Positions 19,846 through 29,347 of a stretch of DNA of 64,000 nt are shown here, piece by piece; within the stretch, counting starts at the first letter, position 1; each line of letters starts with the position of its first letter. Made by a program: the position numbers and the translations under genes. The stretch comes from Parcubacteria group bacterium (GTDB taxonomy: Bacteria > Patescibacteriota > Minisyncoccia > Moranbacterales > UBA2206). The stretch is taken from assembly GCA_041659505.1 (NCBI GenBank), contig JBAZYF010000003.1, positions 22,026 to 86,025 of the forward strand, given 5' to 3'. The notes below the pieces were generated by a model that had not been told where the DNA came from, did not search any database, and worked only from the letters and a program-made list of their open reading frames with translations.

Positions 19846-20955
19846 TTAGATATCATCATACCAGGCCACTCCATGCCAGCTGTAGCCGTTATAGATCATC
19901 AGTCTGCCACCAGATCCCATGTCATCAGGATTATTCTCCCAGTACATCTGGCCTTTTACCGGATCATCGGGCTGATTGCTTCCAATGCGCATTGATGTAA
20001 GAATATCGACGAAGCCTCCGCCGACGGCATTATTTCCATAGAGGCGCATAATATCACTTCCGCTTGATGCTTTGAAAAAAATACGATCATTGGACGTAGT
20101 GTCAATGACGAGCGGACGATTTCCTGAAGTATCAATCCATATTCGAGCATATCCATTTGCTCCGTCGTCGAGCATAAGTCCGTGTCCTGGGCCAGCCTGA
20201 AGTCCATAGATAGAAACACCATTAATCTGGCGCAGATAGCCAATGCGTATTCCGCCATATGGAGTAGCCAGATATCCAGCCGAAGTCAGATTGATCGTTC
20301 CAGCTGTAACCTTATCCGCACAGACATTAGCGATTTTAGCATTGTCAATCGCGAGATTGGCGATCTTGGCGTTGGTGACAGCCAGATCCTGAATTTTTGC
20401 GGCACTTACCGCTAGATTATCAATGTTAGCGTTTTGCACTTCCGCCAAACCAATTTTAGCCGAAGTGATTTGCCCATTACCGATTTTGGCATTAATGATT
20501 GCGCCATCGACTATTTTTGCTGAGCTAATGATGGCATTTCCCAGATGCGCGTTCTGAATCACTCCGGTACCGATGTGTGCGCTGATAATTACTGCTGTAT
20601 CGATTTGAGCCGACAATGTTACCACAGCTTCGGATTGAATAAGCTTTGAAGCATTGACCGCTCCGTTTTTTATTTTGGCCGTGGCAACAGCCGCATTGGC
20701 CAATTTCTGTTCAGTAACTGATAATGCATCAAGGTGCTGACTAAGTATGGCGCTATCAATTATCTTGTCGGAACTCACTGATTCATCCGCCAAAGCCGTT
20801 GTCCCGACAGCCCCTGATTTTATCTGAAGCGAATCAATTGATGAAGGAGCAAGCAAGGGAGAATTATCTCCATCGTGAGTATGCAGGGGAACTTCCGGAA
20901 AAGGTTGATCATCCACTTCCTGGTTGCCAAAAATTTTTTGCAAAAAATCGCTCAT
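19846..20955 (-). CDS. Phage tail fiber protein
   Basis: Tandem xAxIxNAKI / AKIxNxA repeats (tail-fibre repeat type). Gly-rich C-terminal domain. Confidence 0.7.
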   Translation of the reverse strand: MSDFLQKIFGNQEVDDQPFPEVPLHTHDGDNSPLLAPSSIDSLQIKSGAVGTTALADESVSSDKIIDSAILSQHLDALSVTEQKLANAAVATAKIKNGAVNASKLIQSEAVVTLSAQIDTAVIISAHIGTGVIQNAHLGNAIISSAKIVDGAIINAKIGNGQITSAKIGLAEVQNANIDNLAVSAAKIQDLAVTNAKIANLAIDNAKIANVCADKVTAGTINLTSAGYLATPYGGIRIGYLRQINGVSIYGLQAGPGHGLMLDDGANGYARIWIDTSGNRPLVIDTTSNDRIFFKASSGSDIMRLYGNNAVGGGFVDILTSMRIGSNQPDDPVKGQMYWENNPDDMGSGGRLMIYNGYSWHGVAWYDDI

Positions 20956-20962
20956 GATTTTT

Positions 20963-22405
20963 CTATAAAATGCCTACCGGCTCGAAATAAGTACTGGCCG
21001 CCACGATCTCGGGCGTGTCGTTTCCCGACGGGTGCAGATCAAAAGCCAGCTCAAAAGTCTCACCTTTACCTTTTTCCTCGTCTTCCTCATCACCGGTTTC
21101 AATCGTGAAAACTGTTTTCGTATTTCCTTCTTTATCGAAACAATCCGCACCGTCTTCCAGATATGCCTGTTTCCAATCGCCCTGCTCATTGATGCGGTAA
21201 TATGTTTTTATCCAACATTGAGCGGGAATGGGTCTGGTCAGCAATTTTATATGTCGGAATCCTTTTTGTAGTTCTGGTTCGCCAGCATCAAAGACTAATC
21301 CTTCATATCTGGCATCAGTTTTATTTTCAGTATCAACCGTGTCTATCCCGTATGTCGAACCGTCCTTCCAGGATAAGAATATCTGGTCCGTATACATCGT
21401 CACCGCGCCTATTTCCACGTCAGTCATTTTTCCGTGAGACGGAATATATTCCAGATTCAATGAATATGGCTCGTTCTTGCTCAATCGTCCGTAGGAATAT
21501 AATCCGCATTTATCCGAGCCCGTTACTCCGAAAAGGGCGATGCCTTTCTGGTTGGTCACTGCTCCAGGATTCACCCACCCGCCTCCGGGAAACGCTTTGA
21601 AACGCAGTATATTTACCGTGTCCCAATAATAGAGTCCACCACTGATGCCAGCCTGCACGATGATAAAATCTGTTTGGATCATGGCATTGATTCCTTTTTC
21701 GGCGATCATTCTCCTCAGAATCCACGAGGGTTGCTGTTTGTCCCACGTCCACATCCAACCTTCTTCTATTTTGTCGCCCTTGGTCGAGCCGATGATGGCG
21801 ATCTGATCCTGGGGCAGAATAGCTTTCGTTCGGTTGCCGGCGATGATATCCAATGCCTGGTTATTGAAATTTCCTTCGTAATCAATAAGCGCGATGTAGC
21901 GTCCGTCGCAAATCTGCAAAACTCCGACCGCCATAGTCATCGTGTGCCAGGAAGGATCACCATTCAAACTTCCCACCGTCTGGACATCAGTGCTCCAATT
22001 TCCAGCCAGAGGAATGCGCTTCAGTTTGGTTTCGGTCGCCCAATATAAATACGGGATATAACTTTCTGATCCGTTATTATTCGTGTACTCGTCCGCCCCG
22101 CTTATTCTTCCGTCAGGATCCGAATAAACCAGAGACCAAGCAGAAGTCAGAGAATCTTTGCGATATATTTTTCCCGTATTCCCGAAACCGTACAGCTTGC
22201 CATTGGAAGCCGGAACGAAAAACAGAATGAGGTCAATAACAACATCTCCCGAATCTTTTTTGAGTCCCTGATTGCATTTCATCGTATCCGCTCCATTTCT
22301 AATATCAAGACTATGTCCGAAACGAAATGCACCGGCAACGCCTTTATAAACATCATCCGCGATACCACCACGAAAACCTTTTATTCTGTACGCATTAAGC
22401 CCCAT
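20963..22405 (-). CDS. Phage structural protein (tail or baseplate candidate)
   Basis: 480-aa ORF in the tail region. Confidence 0.4.
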   Translation of the reverse strand: MGLNAYRIKGFRGGIADDVYKGVAGAFRFGHSLDIRNGADTMKCNQGLKKDSGDVVIDLILFFVPASNGKLYGFGNTGKIYRKDSLTSAWSLVYSDPDGRISGADEYTNNNGSESYIPYLYWATETKLKRIPLAGNWSTDVQTVGSLNGDPSWHTMTMAVGVLQICDGRYIALIDYEGNFNNQALDIIAGNRTKAILPQDQIAIIGSTKGDKIEEGWMWTWDKQQPSWILRRMIAEKGINAMIQTDFIIVQAGISGGLYYWDTVNILRFKAFPGGGWVNPGAVTNQKGIALFGVTGSDKCGLYSYGRLSKNEPYSLNLEYIPSHGKMTDVEIGAVTMYTDQIFLSWKDGSTYGIDTVDTENKTDARYEGLVFDAGEPELQKGFRHIKLLTRPIPAQCWIKTYYRINEQGDWKQAYLEDGADCFDKEGNTKTVFTIETGDEEDEEKGKGETFELAFDLHPSGNDTPEIVAASTYFEPVGIL

Positions 22406-22408
22406 AGT

Positions 22409-23065
22409 TTATTGGTTGAAATCTTGCGGATTACTGTTTTTATACAAGAAGCGCGAGCTGGTCGCCTGTCCGATATATCCGGCTTCTCCAATCTCTTCGT
22501 CTTGCCGGTCTTTTATCTGCTGAAGAATGGCGGTGGCTTCCATGATCTGCTTGTCGGCTTCCCCGCTCCGGTTCGGTTCTTTTTTGAGGCAGATGCCAAG
22601 CGCGAATTTCACAATCGCTTCATCCATCTCTTCTGGCGTAACTGGTTCATCGGTATCATTGACCAGCGGAATGAGTCGCCGACGATAATAGATATCGATA
22701 ATTTTTCCGTCTTCCACGGGTGTCGGTTTAATCAGATATTGATCGCCTATGAGGCAGCACACGAATTCCCACAAATGATTGCCACTTTGATAGTTCTCGA
22801 TGCTCGTTTTCACATATTCCTGACCGTCTATTTTCAGAAACATCAATCCGCCTGGTTTGTAATCGAAAGGCAGAAAATATGCCTCGACATCTTTTTCGGT
22901 CAGCTGGGTCGAATGATGATTGATAAAATTCCATCTGGTGAAAGTGCAGGCGCGAACGATTGATTTATTGATCCATCTTTTTTTGTCCGTCTCACTCCAA
23001 AATCCGGTCGCCTTGGCCGCCGACATGCGTGCATTGAGATCCTGTAGAAATTCTTGTAATTGCAT
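22409..23065 (-). CDS. Phage hypothetical protein
   Basis: 218-aa ORF, contiguous in the operon. Confidence 0.4.
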   Translation of the reverse strand: MQLQEFLQDLNARMSAAKATGFWSETDKKRWINKSIVRACTFTRWNFINHHSTQLTEKDVEAYFLPFDYKPGGLMFLKIDGQEYVKTSIENYQSGNHLWEFVCCLIGDQYLIKPTPVEDGKIIDIYYRRRLIPLVNDTDEPVTPEEMDEAIVKFALGICLKKEPNRSGEADKQIMEATAILQQIKDRQDEEIGEAGYIGQATSSRFLYKNSNPQDFNQ

Positions 23066-23069
23066 AATG

Positions 23070-24764
23070 TTAAGGAATAAGTTGGCCGGTGGTCCGGTAG
23101 CGTTTTATATACTCCATAAGATTGTCACCCGGACAATCGGTTGCGTCCGGAACCTCCCTGTGTCCGAGCACCCGTTCTTTCGGAATGCCACGCTCTTTTC
23201 TTATTTTGTCGAGCAGTTTTTGAAGCGTGGCCAGCTGTTCAGAACTCGGCTGTTCATTTCCGCTTGTCGGATGAAAATTTCCGCACACGGCGATGCCGAT
23301 CGAGCGGTAGTTCATCTTTTCGGTGTCGGCGTGCGCTCCGATCTTGTTTTCCGGCCGACCAGGAATGTGCGTCCCGAGTCCGTCCATCGCTCCCGCGATC
23401 CAATGATGATAAGCTATATCTCCCCAACCGATGCCAATATGATTATTTCTGATAGTGAAATATCTAGTGGAATCACGTGGCGTCGCCGTGTGATGCACAA
23501 TAATAAATTCCGGGTAGTTGGCCTTGTCATATTTTGGCGCGTCTTTTTTCGCCCAGCGAAAGGTGCGAAGCGTATCCCATACAACCACCAGTTTGACTGC
23601 GAATTCTCCATTGTTCTTGGCATAATCCCAAGGTAACTTATATTGCCCGCCCCACGACGAGTAGTTTTCCAGCACCAGGCCAAGATTGCTGGAAGTCGTC
23701 CAGCCCTCACGATCGACGATTTCCTGAACAATTTCCTTTATATCTGGCGATTCATAAACACTGTTAGCCGACCAGTGGATTCCGACAAACGTGCCGTTGA
23801 CCGTTTCGCCGATTGTCCATTCAACCTGCGCTTTTGTTTTGGTTCGCGTAGACGGTCGATTTGATCCGTTTGCGACGAATGGCGGTGCATTGTCTTCCGC
23901 GAAACCTTTTATAAGAAGATTGGGGAAGCGATTATTCTGATCCGCTTCAGTAAGAAGAAGATGGGCTCCAACGATGTTCGCGTAGCGGGGGATATTTAGC
24001 GCACTGAATATAAATCCACCCTCATTGACCGATATGCCGTCATGACCAAGCGTGATGACGTTTCCGGTCGGACTTGATTGCCATGAAGACTTATCCGTTT
24101 CCACACCGTCACGATCCGTGCCGGCAATCGTACCAATACTGACATTCATCACGGTCGTATATAAAATTTCCAACTCCGCTCCGTAATTTTTTCCTTTACT
24201 GAGGTCGTAGCATGTCTCAGCCTGATTCGTTGCTGATCCGTTGTCTTCGATTGTCAACGCCAGAGAATTACCCGCTTTCCATCCGACCTGCGCCACGATT
24301 TCTTCGATCAAAAGTTTCAGGTTCGGAGTCTGCGTCCATTCGTGAACTTCCCATTTTTTGACGATGTGCCAAGGCACGCTGTTTACGGTTTTTGTCCGCT
24401 GGCTTGGCCGGGAAGTTTGCGTGAACGGCTTGGTGTCAGTTTCTTTTATTCCTTTTATAATCAGCTTCACATCCGGATCCGCTAAATCAGTAACTGCCGG
24501 ACGGATTCTGAGCCGCGCCAAAACTATTTTTGAATTTCTTGGAATGTCAATGTGTCTGAAGCGAAATGCGCCGGAATATAATAAACCGCTAACATTCCCG
24601 AAAGAAATTACGTTTCCGGCATTGCCGACACCATTCCATGCCACTGCATCCTGTTCGCGCCCATCATCGACAGTTTCCGCTACCGTTTTTTTAATTTTGG
24701 CAATATAATTCATCGACATTTTTATGCTTTGCGAAGAGCGATGAGCGGAACCGGCAAACTCCAA
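23070..24764 (-). CDS. Virion-associated peptidoglycan hydrolase: structural N-terminus with a C-terminal Amidase_2 domain
   Basis: C-terminus contains IIVHHTATPRDS...GIGWGDIAYHHWI...IGAHADTEK...DCPG, an Amidase_2/PGRP signature. Sits within the tail gene block. Confidence 0.65.
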   Translation of the reverse strand: MEFAGSAHRSSQSIKMSMNYIAKIKKTVAETVDDGREQDAVAWNGVGNAGNVISFGNVSGLLYSGAFRFRHIDIPRNSKIVLARLRIRPAVTDLADPDVKLIIKGIKETDTKPFTQTSRPSQRTKTVNSVPWHIVKKWEVHEWTQTPNLKLLIEEIVAQVGWKAGNSLALTIEDNGSATNQAETCYDLSKGKNYGAELEILYTTVMNVSIGTIAGTDRDGVETDKSSWQSSPTGNVITLGHDGISVNEGGFIFSALNIPRYANIVGAHLLLTEADQNNRFPNLLIKGFAEDNAPPFVANGSNRPSTRTKTKAQVEWTIGETVNGTFVGIHWSANSVYESPDIKEIVQEIVDREGWTTSSNLGLVLENYSSWGGQYKLPWDYAKNNGEFAVKLVVVWDTLRTFRWAKKDAPKYDKANYPEFIIVHHTATPRDSTRYFTIRNNHIGIGWGDIAYHHWIAGAMDGLGTHIPGRPENKIGAHADTEKMNYRSIGIAVCGNFHPTSGNEQPSSEQLATLQKLLDKIRKERGIPKERVLGHREVPDATDCPGDNLMEYIKRYRTTGQLIP

Positions 24765-25309
24765 TCAGTTGAGTTGTCTGACGGAAAATTAACTGGCAGC
24801 GCGCCATAAGTCTGAGTAACAGCGTAACCGAGAAAAGGCGTACCGGAGAGGCTGTTGTCAAGTCCCAAAAATGTGGCCAACGCATCAGCGGACGGAATTG
24901 CAGCGGCGACCAATGACGCAGTGTCCTGCCCTATCAGCGCGAGCCAATAAAGTTTCCCTCCTTTTAAAGTAAGATCAACTACTAATTCTTTGAGGCCGAT
25001 AGTGTTGACGACGACTTCTCCTGCATCAAGTTTGAGCACACCCGGATAAACACTTCCATCTCCCTTATCTTCATAAACGCCAAGACGGACACGCGGCGTG
25101 GTGCCGGTAGCCGCTGTACTGATGCGAATCGCAATCCTGTCGAACTTCATTGTTTTCGGAACGAAAAATGGAAAAGCACGAAGAGAATTAGCTGAAGTTA
25201 ATGCTTGCGTTGTGATCGTACCACCCGTAAGAAACGACCCGAAATATCTGCCCGCCTTTTTTATTCGGAGGAATGAAAAGTCTCCTTTTTGTGGAATGAA
25301 CTCAGCCAT
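24722..25309 (-). CDS. Phage hypothetical structural protein
   Basis: 195-aa ORF. Confidence 0.4.
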   Translation of the reverse strand: MAEFIPQKGDFSFLRIKKAGRYFGSFLTGGTITTQALTSANSLRAFPFFVPKTMKFDRIAIRISTAATGTTPRVRLGVYEDKGDGSVYPGVLKLDAGEVVVNTIGLKELVVDLTLKGGKLYWLALIGQDTASLVAAAIPSADALATFLGLDNSLSGTPFLGYAVTQTYGALPVNFPSDNSTDWSLPVPLIALRKA

Positions 25310-25315
25310 AAATAA

Positions 25316-25609
25316 TTATTGTTCTACGATTATTTCGACTTTGTCCCCGCTTATCTCGGCGTCTATGTACACCTTGTTTGCGTTGCCGATGCCAAGCTTT
25401 ACCGCTTCGCCCGACTCCAACGTGAACTTTCCAGCCTGAGCTTGTGCTGCGGATTCTCCGACCTTGATCGCTCCCCGGTTCGTGCGCTTGGCTTTAATCA
25501 CAAGCGTGCATCCTTCTCCAACAACGATCTCAGGAAGCTGAACAGCCACACCTGCGACAGCTACTGTCGCCTCGTTCACGGTGAATTTTGATTTGCTTTC
25601 TATTGGCAT
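25316..25609 (-). CDS. Phage hypothetical protein
   Basis: 97-aa ORF. Confidence 0.35.
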   Translation of the reverse strand: MPIESKSKFTVNEATVAVAGVAVQLPEIVVGEGCTLVIKAKRTNRGAIKVGESAAQAQAGKFTLESGEAVKLGIGNANKVYIDAEISGDKVEIIVEQ

Positions 25610-25657
25610 ATCTTTGTTTGCTTAATGGTAATTATTCGACCTTTAATTACCAGACAC

Positions 25658-26092
25658 TTAAAACTTCGCTTGTTTATTTTTCGACTTTTCTTTTGTTACT
25701 GCTTCATCTCCTATCGAGAGTCCGGCTCCTTCTTCTTTGCCTTGAATCGACATTTCCCGGCGTTTCAATTCCTCTTCCTTGGCTTTTAGTTCCGCTTCTC
25801 TTTCAGCCAGCGATCTCGTGACCAGCGCCGAAGTCACTTCCTTGGTGACTTCCTGATAATCGATGCCAGCGAACGGGGAATTGTCCAGGAACTCCTGTTC
25901 CTGTAGATCTTTCGTTTCATAGATGCCGTTTTTGAATTCAATCGTTTTTCCCTGTCGCGTCACTGCAATTCCATTAATCACTTCCGTGACAGTCGGAATC
26001 ATCACGATGCTGTAGTGATGTCCGTAGCGCGTAGCGTAGCGCTTGGCTTTCTCCTTTGATTTTTCCAGCGTTGATGTTTTGTTCTTTGCCAT
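25658..26092 (-). CDS. Phage hypothetical protein
   Basis: 144-aa ORF. Confidence 0.35.
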   Translation of the reverse strand: MAKNKTSTLEKSKEKAKRYATRYGHHYSIVMIPTVTEVINGIAVTRQGKTIEFKNGIYETKDLQEQEFLDNSPFAGIDYQEVTKEVTSALVTRSLAEREAELKAKEEELKRREMSIQGKEEGAGLSIGDEAVTKEKSKNKQAKF

Positions 26093-26243
26093 ACGAATTT
26101 GTTGAGAATTTATTTTTTATACTTGCCGCGGGTCGACCTTTATATCCCGCGGAAACCCTCAAGGGCTTTCCACTTGGTCAGGCGGATTTGGAAAGCATGT
26201 CCGTCCGACCAAGACTTGAAGGATTATTAAACTTAAAAAACTA

Positions 26244-27422
26244 TCAGGAAAACTTGACGACAGCATGACGTTCCGGCTGTTCCATCTGCAGACCGCATTC
26301 CGTCAAATACTCGTTGACATTAGAATCTTCTCCTGGTGCCTGTCGGTTGGTAAGCAGTTTCGTATCGCGATTGGAAAGATACCGATATGTCAAAGCTTCC
26401 ATATCCAGACCCACCGCGCTCTTGCCATACAAATCTCCCGTCAGTAGATCATGTTTCAAAATATTAAGCGTACCGTGCGGAGAAACATATTTTACGATGC
26501 TCAATCCAAAAGTTTTTTCACCCTGCAAAACCTGAAGTTTGTCATGCGCAAAGCTACTGAGCTTATCTAAGACATACCCGGAAGAAAGCAAATATTTTTC
26601 AGTGTTCCCGTGCGCGAACAAGGTTCGCAGAAAGCCGTTGAAGTCATCACGCGTCGCCACATTTGATGCAACCTGGTTGATTCTCTGAAAAATTCCGCCA
26701 GTAAATCTCTTCGGATGAACGCCACTCATAATCAATTCTTTTTTTCCAAACAGAAACGCTCTCTCGACATCGACCAAATGTTCGATGCCTTTTTTTCTGG
26801 TCTGATAATCAAAATCGCTTTCTTTCGTCCATCCTGTTGTATTTTTTGCGGTTTCGGTAATACCAATAGTCGTTCGGAAGATCTGGCAATAATTGATAGC
26901 TTCTGCGATAGCCGTGGCTTTTATCTCACGAATATTAGCTCCTTCTTCGTTAGCATTTCCGATGATCCAAACGACGTCGTTTAACTGAAGCAGACCGCCG
27001 CCCAATGATCCATCACCCACCTGACGCTGAAGCGTCAAAGTGTTGGTATTCACGTCCGTAACAATCATAACTTCTCCTGTCGGATTGCCTGTGCTCTGAG
27101 TCGACTTCACGCAAAGCAGAACATCCCCGATACTAAAATACAATCCGTTAGTCACAACCAGCGAAGTTGCCCCGCTCTGGTTAGCGGCAACAATATCTTC
27201 TCTCGCACCAAATTTGTCTTCGAACCATTTGAATTCGGGATCAGTTGTCTCTTTTTTCTTAAGCGCATCTCCTTGTTTAGTGACTGGATCTTTTCCAGCG
27301 TTAGTCAAGATAGCTAGAAGCGGATAACGGGCGACGTCCAGAAGTGAAATAACATCGGCTACGTCATATTTTCTGGTTACGCCCAAATTATCCGTTCCTC
27401 TTACCCCATTTATTGGAGGCAT
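26244..27422 (-). CDS. Putative major capsid protein
   Basis: 392-aa ORF immediately downstream of an acidic scaffold-like gene. Position-based call only. Confidence 0.4.
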   Translation of the reverse strand: MPPINGVRGTDNLGVTRKYDVADVISLLDVARYPLLAILTNAGKDPVTKQGDALKKKETTDPEFKWFEDKFGAREDIVAANQSGATSLVVTNGLYFSIGDVLLCVKSTQSTGNPTGEVMIVTDVNTNTLTLQRQVGDGSLGGGLLQLNDVVWIIGNANEEGANIREIKATAIAEAINYCQIFRTTIGITETAKNTTGWTKESDFDYQTRKKGIEHLVDVERAFLFGKKELIMSGVHPKRFTGGIFQRINQVASNVATRDDFNGFLRTLFAHGNTEKYLLSSGYVLDKLSSFAHDKLQVLQGEKTFGLSIVKYVSPHGTLNILKHDLLTGDLYGKSAVGLDMEALTYRYLSNRDTKLLTNRQAPGEDSNVNEYLTECGLQMEQPERHAVVKFS

Positions 27423-27472
27423 ATATTTATATCTTTAAATTGGTTAATTATAGGAGGTTCGACCTTCGGGGA

Positions 27473-28399
27473 TTAGACCCCCAATCCTCCTAAGGGACTT
27501 TTTGACCCGCTTGTTCCGAAGATTTGTTCGAGGCGGCGTTCTTCCGCACCCTTTTCTTCGCCGTGCGAGGTTGGAGCACCTGCTCCTCTCTCAACTTGCG
27601 CTTTGGCTTTTTTAAGACGAATCTTTTCGGTATCGGTCACTTTCGTATCTCCTTTAACTGTTCCGACGAATCCATCAACTTTTGCGCAAGCGTCTTTGAG
27701 TGAAATGACCGTTCCTTTTTGCGAAGCGGTATCAATCAAAGACAATACTAATTCCCGGTATTCTGCGCTGGTTTTGAGAAGCGGATGGTCTTTCTGCGCC
27801 TCTCTGATTTCCTGCGTTACAGAATCACGCATTTGACTCCGCGTGTCGTAGGTGTCGCTCACAATAGTTTTCACGGTCGACACCATCCATTCGGCAAACT
27901 GCTTCGGCGTCATTTTGGACAGCTCTTCATCCGAAGGCACCTCAACACCATTATCAGAATCCGCCTTTTCGTTTTCATCTTTTTTCTCGACTTTAGTGTC
28001 GGGAGTTTTTGTCTTGGTCAATTCTGTGTTTTCCAAATCTTCATACATCCGAATCACTTCTTCACGACTTTTGCCGTGCCATTTATCTTTGTCTTTGGAT
28101 TCTTCATCATCTTTCTTATTTTTCTCTGCTTCGGCTTCCTCCTCTGATTTTTCCTCCTCCTTATCCTCTTTATTTTTTTCCTCATCGTCATCCAATTCTT
28201 CTTCTTCGTTTTTCTCATCCTCTATTTCTTTCTTATTGTCTTTATTTTCCTCTTTTTTCGACTCATCATCTTCATTATTTTTCTCGTCATCTTCCTTGGA
28301 TTTATTGTCCTTTTCTTCCTCTTTTTCTTCGGTTTCCGTTTCCTCTTTCGAATCAGCGTTGAGAAGCGTATCAAGCTCCTTTTTTCGATCTTTATTCAT
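27473..28399 (-). CDS. Highly acidic E/D/K-rich protein, scaffold-like
   Basis: 308 aa. The N-terminal 170 aa are low-complexity EEKDNK repeats. Lies between portal-like and capsid-like genes. Confidence 0.45.
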   Translation of the reverse strand: MNKDRKKELDTLLNADSKEETETEEKEEEKDNKSKEDDEKNNEDDESKKEENKDNKKEIEDEKNEEEELDDDEEKNKEDKEEEKSEEEAEAEKNKKDDEESKDKDKWHGKSREEVIRMYEDLENTELTKTKTPDTKVEKKDENEKADSDNGVEVPSDEELSKMTPKQFAEWMVSTVKTIVSDTYDTRSQMRDSVTQEIREAQKDHPLLKTSAEYRELVLSLIDTASQKGTVISLKDACAKVDGFVGTVKGDTKVTDTEKIRLKKAKAQVERGAGAPTSHGEEKGAEERRLEQIFGTSGSKSPLGGLGV

Positions 28400-28478
28400 A
28401 AATGCTGTTATAATTAATTTTTATTTTCTAAAATTGGGCTCGACCTTATCCCAATATTTTTCCAATTTATGAGCCACT

Positions 28479-28760
28479 CTAGTATTCTCTGTTCATATCG
28501 CTGGCCGCTTCGTCCTTTTCCCTGATGGCGGTTTCGACTAGAGAGAGAATTTTTTCATAAGCGTTCGCGTTGGCTCTATGCTGGAGATAATCGGCAGCGA
28601 TTTCTTCAGAAGTTTTTCCGATAATTTCGAATTCCCGCAGTTCCGCATATTCGATTACTAACTCTTCTCTGATTTTCACTTCCAGCCACTTCCAACCAGA
28701 AGTTCTGGTCATCTCCAGCACGGCTAATCCTGCTTCGAATTTTTTCTCATTGCTTTCCAT
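28479..28760 (-). CDS. Phage hypothetical protein
   Basis: 93-aa ORF. Confidence 0.3.
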   Translation of the reverse strand: MESNEKKFEAGLAVLEMTRTSGWKWLEVKIREELVIEYAELREFEIIGKTSEEIAADYLQHRANANAYEKILSLVETAIREKDEAASDMNREY

Positions 28761-28765
28761 AATCT

Positions 28766-29113
28766 TTATTGTGGCTGATCATCAGCTGTCGGTTCCGGTC
28801 CTGCGGGAATATCCATTTGCGGGCCTCCGTAGAGACCGCCCAATTGACTATTGCCGTCTTCACTAGCCAGCAAATCCTGCAAAGTTGCCACTAAACTCTC
28901 AACCACGTCATGAAAGCTTGATTTTCCAGACTGATAAATTTCTTTTGCAACGCTTATGACACTTTCCACTTTTTTCCATTTTTCATCTGCGTCTCCAGCA
29001 TTCACGACATTTGTTTTTTGATCTTTGAAACCAATCTTTCTATCATTTTCCTGATTTATATCTTGGTTCATATTTTCATCCGCAGAATTTTTTTCTATTG
29101 GTTTATTTTGCAT
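28766..29113 (-). CDS. Phage hypothetical protein
   Basis: 115-aa ORF. Confidence 0.3.
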   Translation of the reverse strand: MQNKPIEKNSADENMNQDINQENDRKIGFKDQKTNVVNAGDADEKWKKVESVISVAKEIYQSGKSSFHDVVESLVATLQDLLASEDGNSQLGGLYGGPQMDIPAGPEPTADDQPQ

Positions 29114-29134
29114 ATAAATATTTATGCTAATTAA

Positions 29135-29335
29135 TTATGATTTAGCTTCGACCTTTTCAATTGTAAATTTTAATTTGTGCCCCAAATCAATCTTGGAAGA
29201 TTCTTCTAGGGAAAGGTAGATTGTGTGCACCCTGCCTTGGCCTTCCTGCAATGACACAATGCAATCACCTCCGCTAAGTGTTTTACTCAAAACAGTAACC
29301 GTGACGGATATTGCCAATGAATTTGTTTTTGCCAT
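29135..29335 (-). CDS. Phage hypothetical protein
   Basis: 66-aa ORF. Confidence 0.3.
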   Translation of the reverse strand: MAKTNSLAISVTVTVLSKTLSGGDCIVSLQEGQGRVHTIYLSLEESSKIDLGHKLKFTIEKVEAKS

Positions 29336-29347
29336 AAATTTATTATT

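Noticed and set aside
22313-23636. Plus-strand ORFs (216 aa, 238 aa) inside the tail gene block
   Set aside because: Antisense to contiguous, well-packed phage genes. No independent support.
27852-28472. 206-aa Ser-rich plus-strand ORF
   Set aside because: Antisense of the acidic E/D/K-rich scaffold-like gene. Complementary low-complexity artefact.
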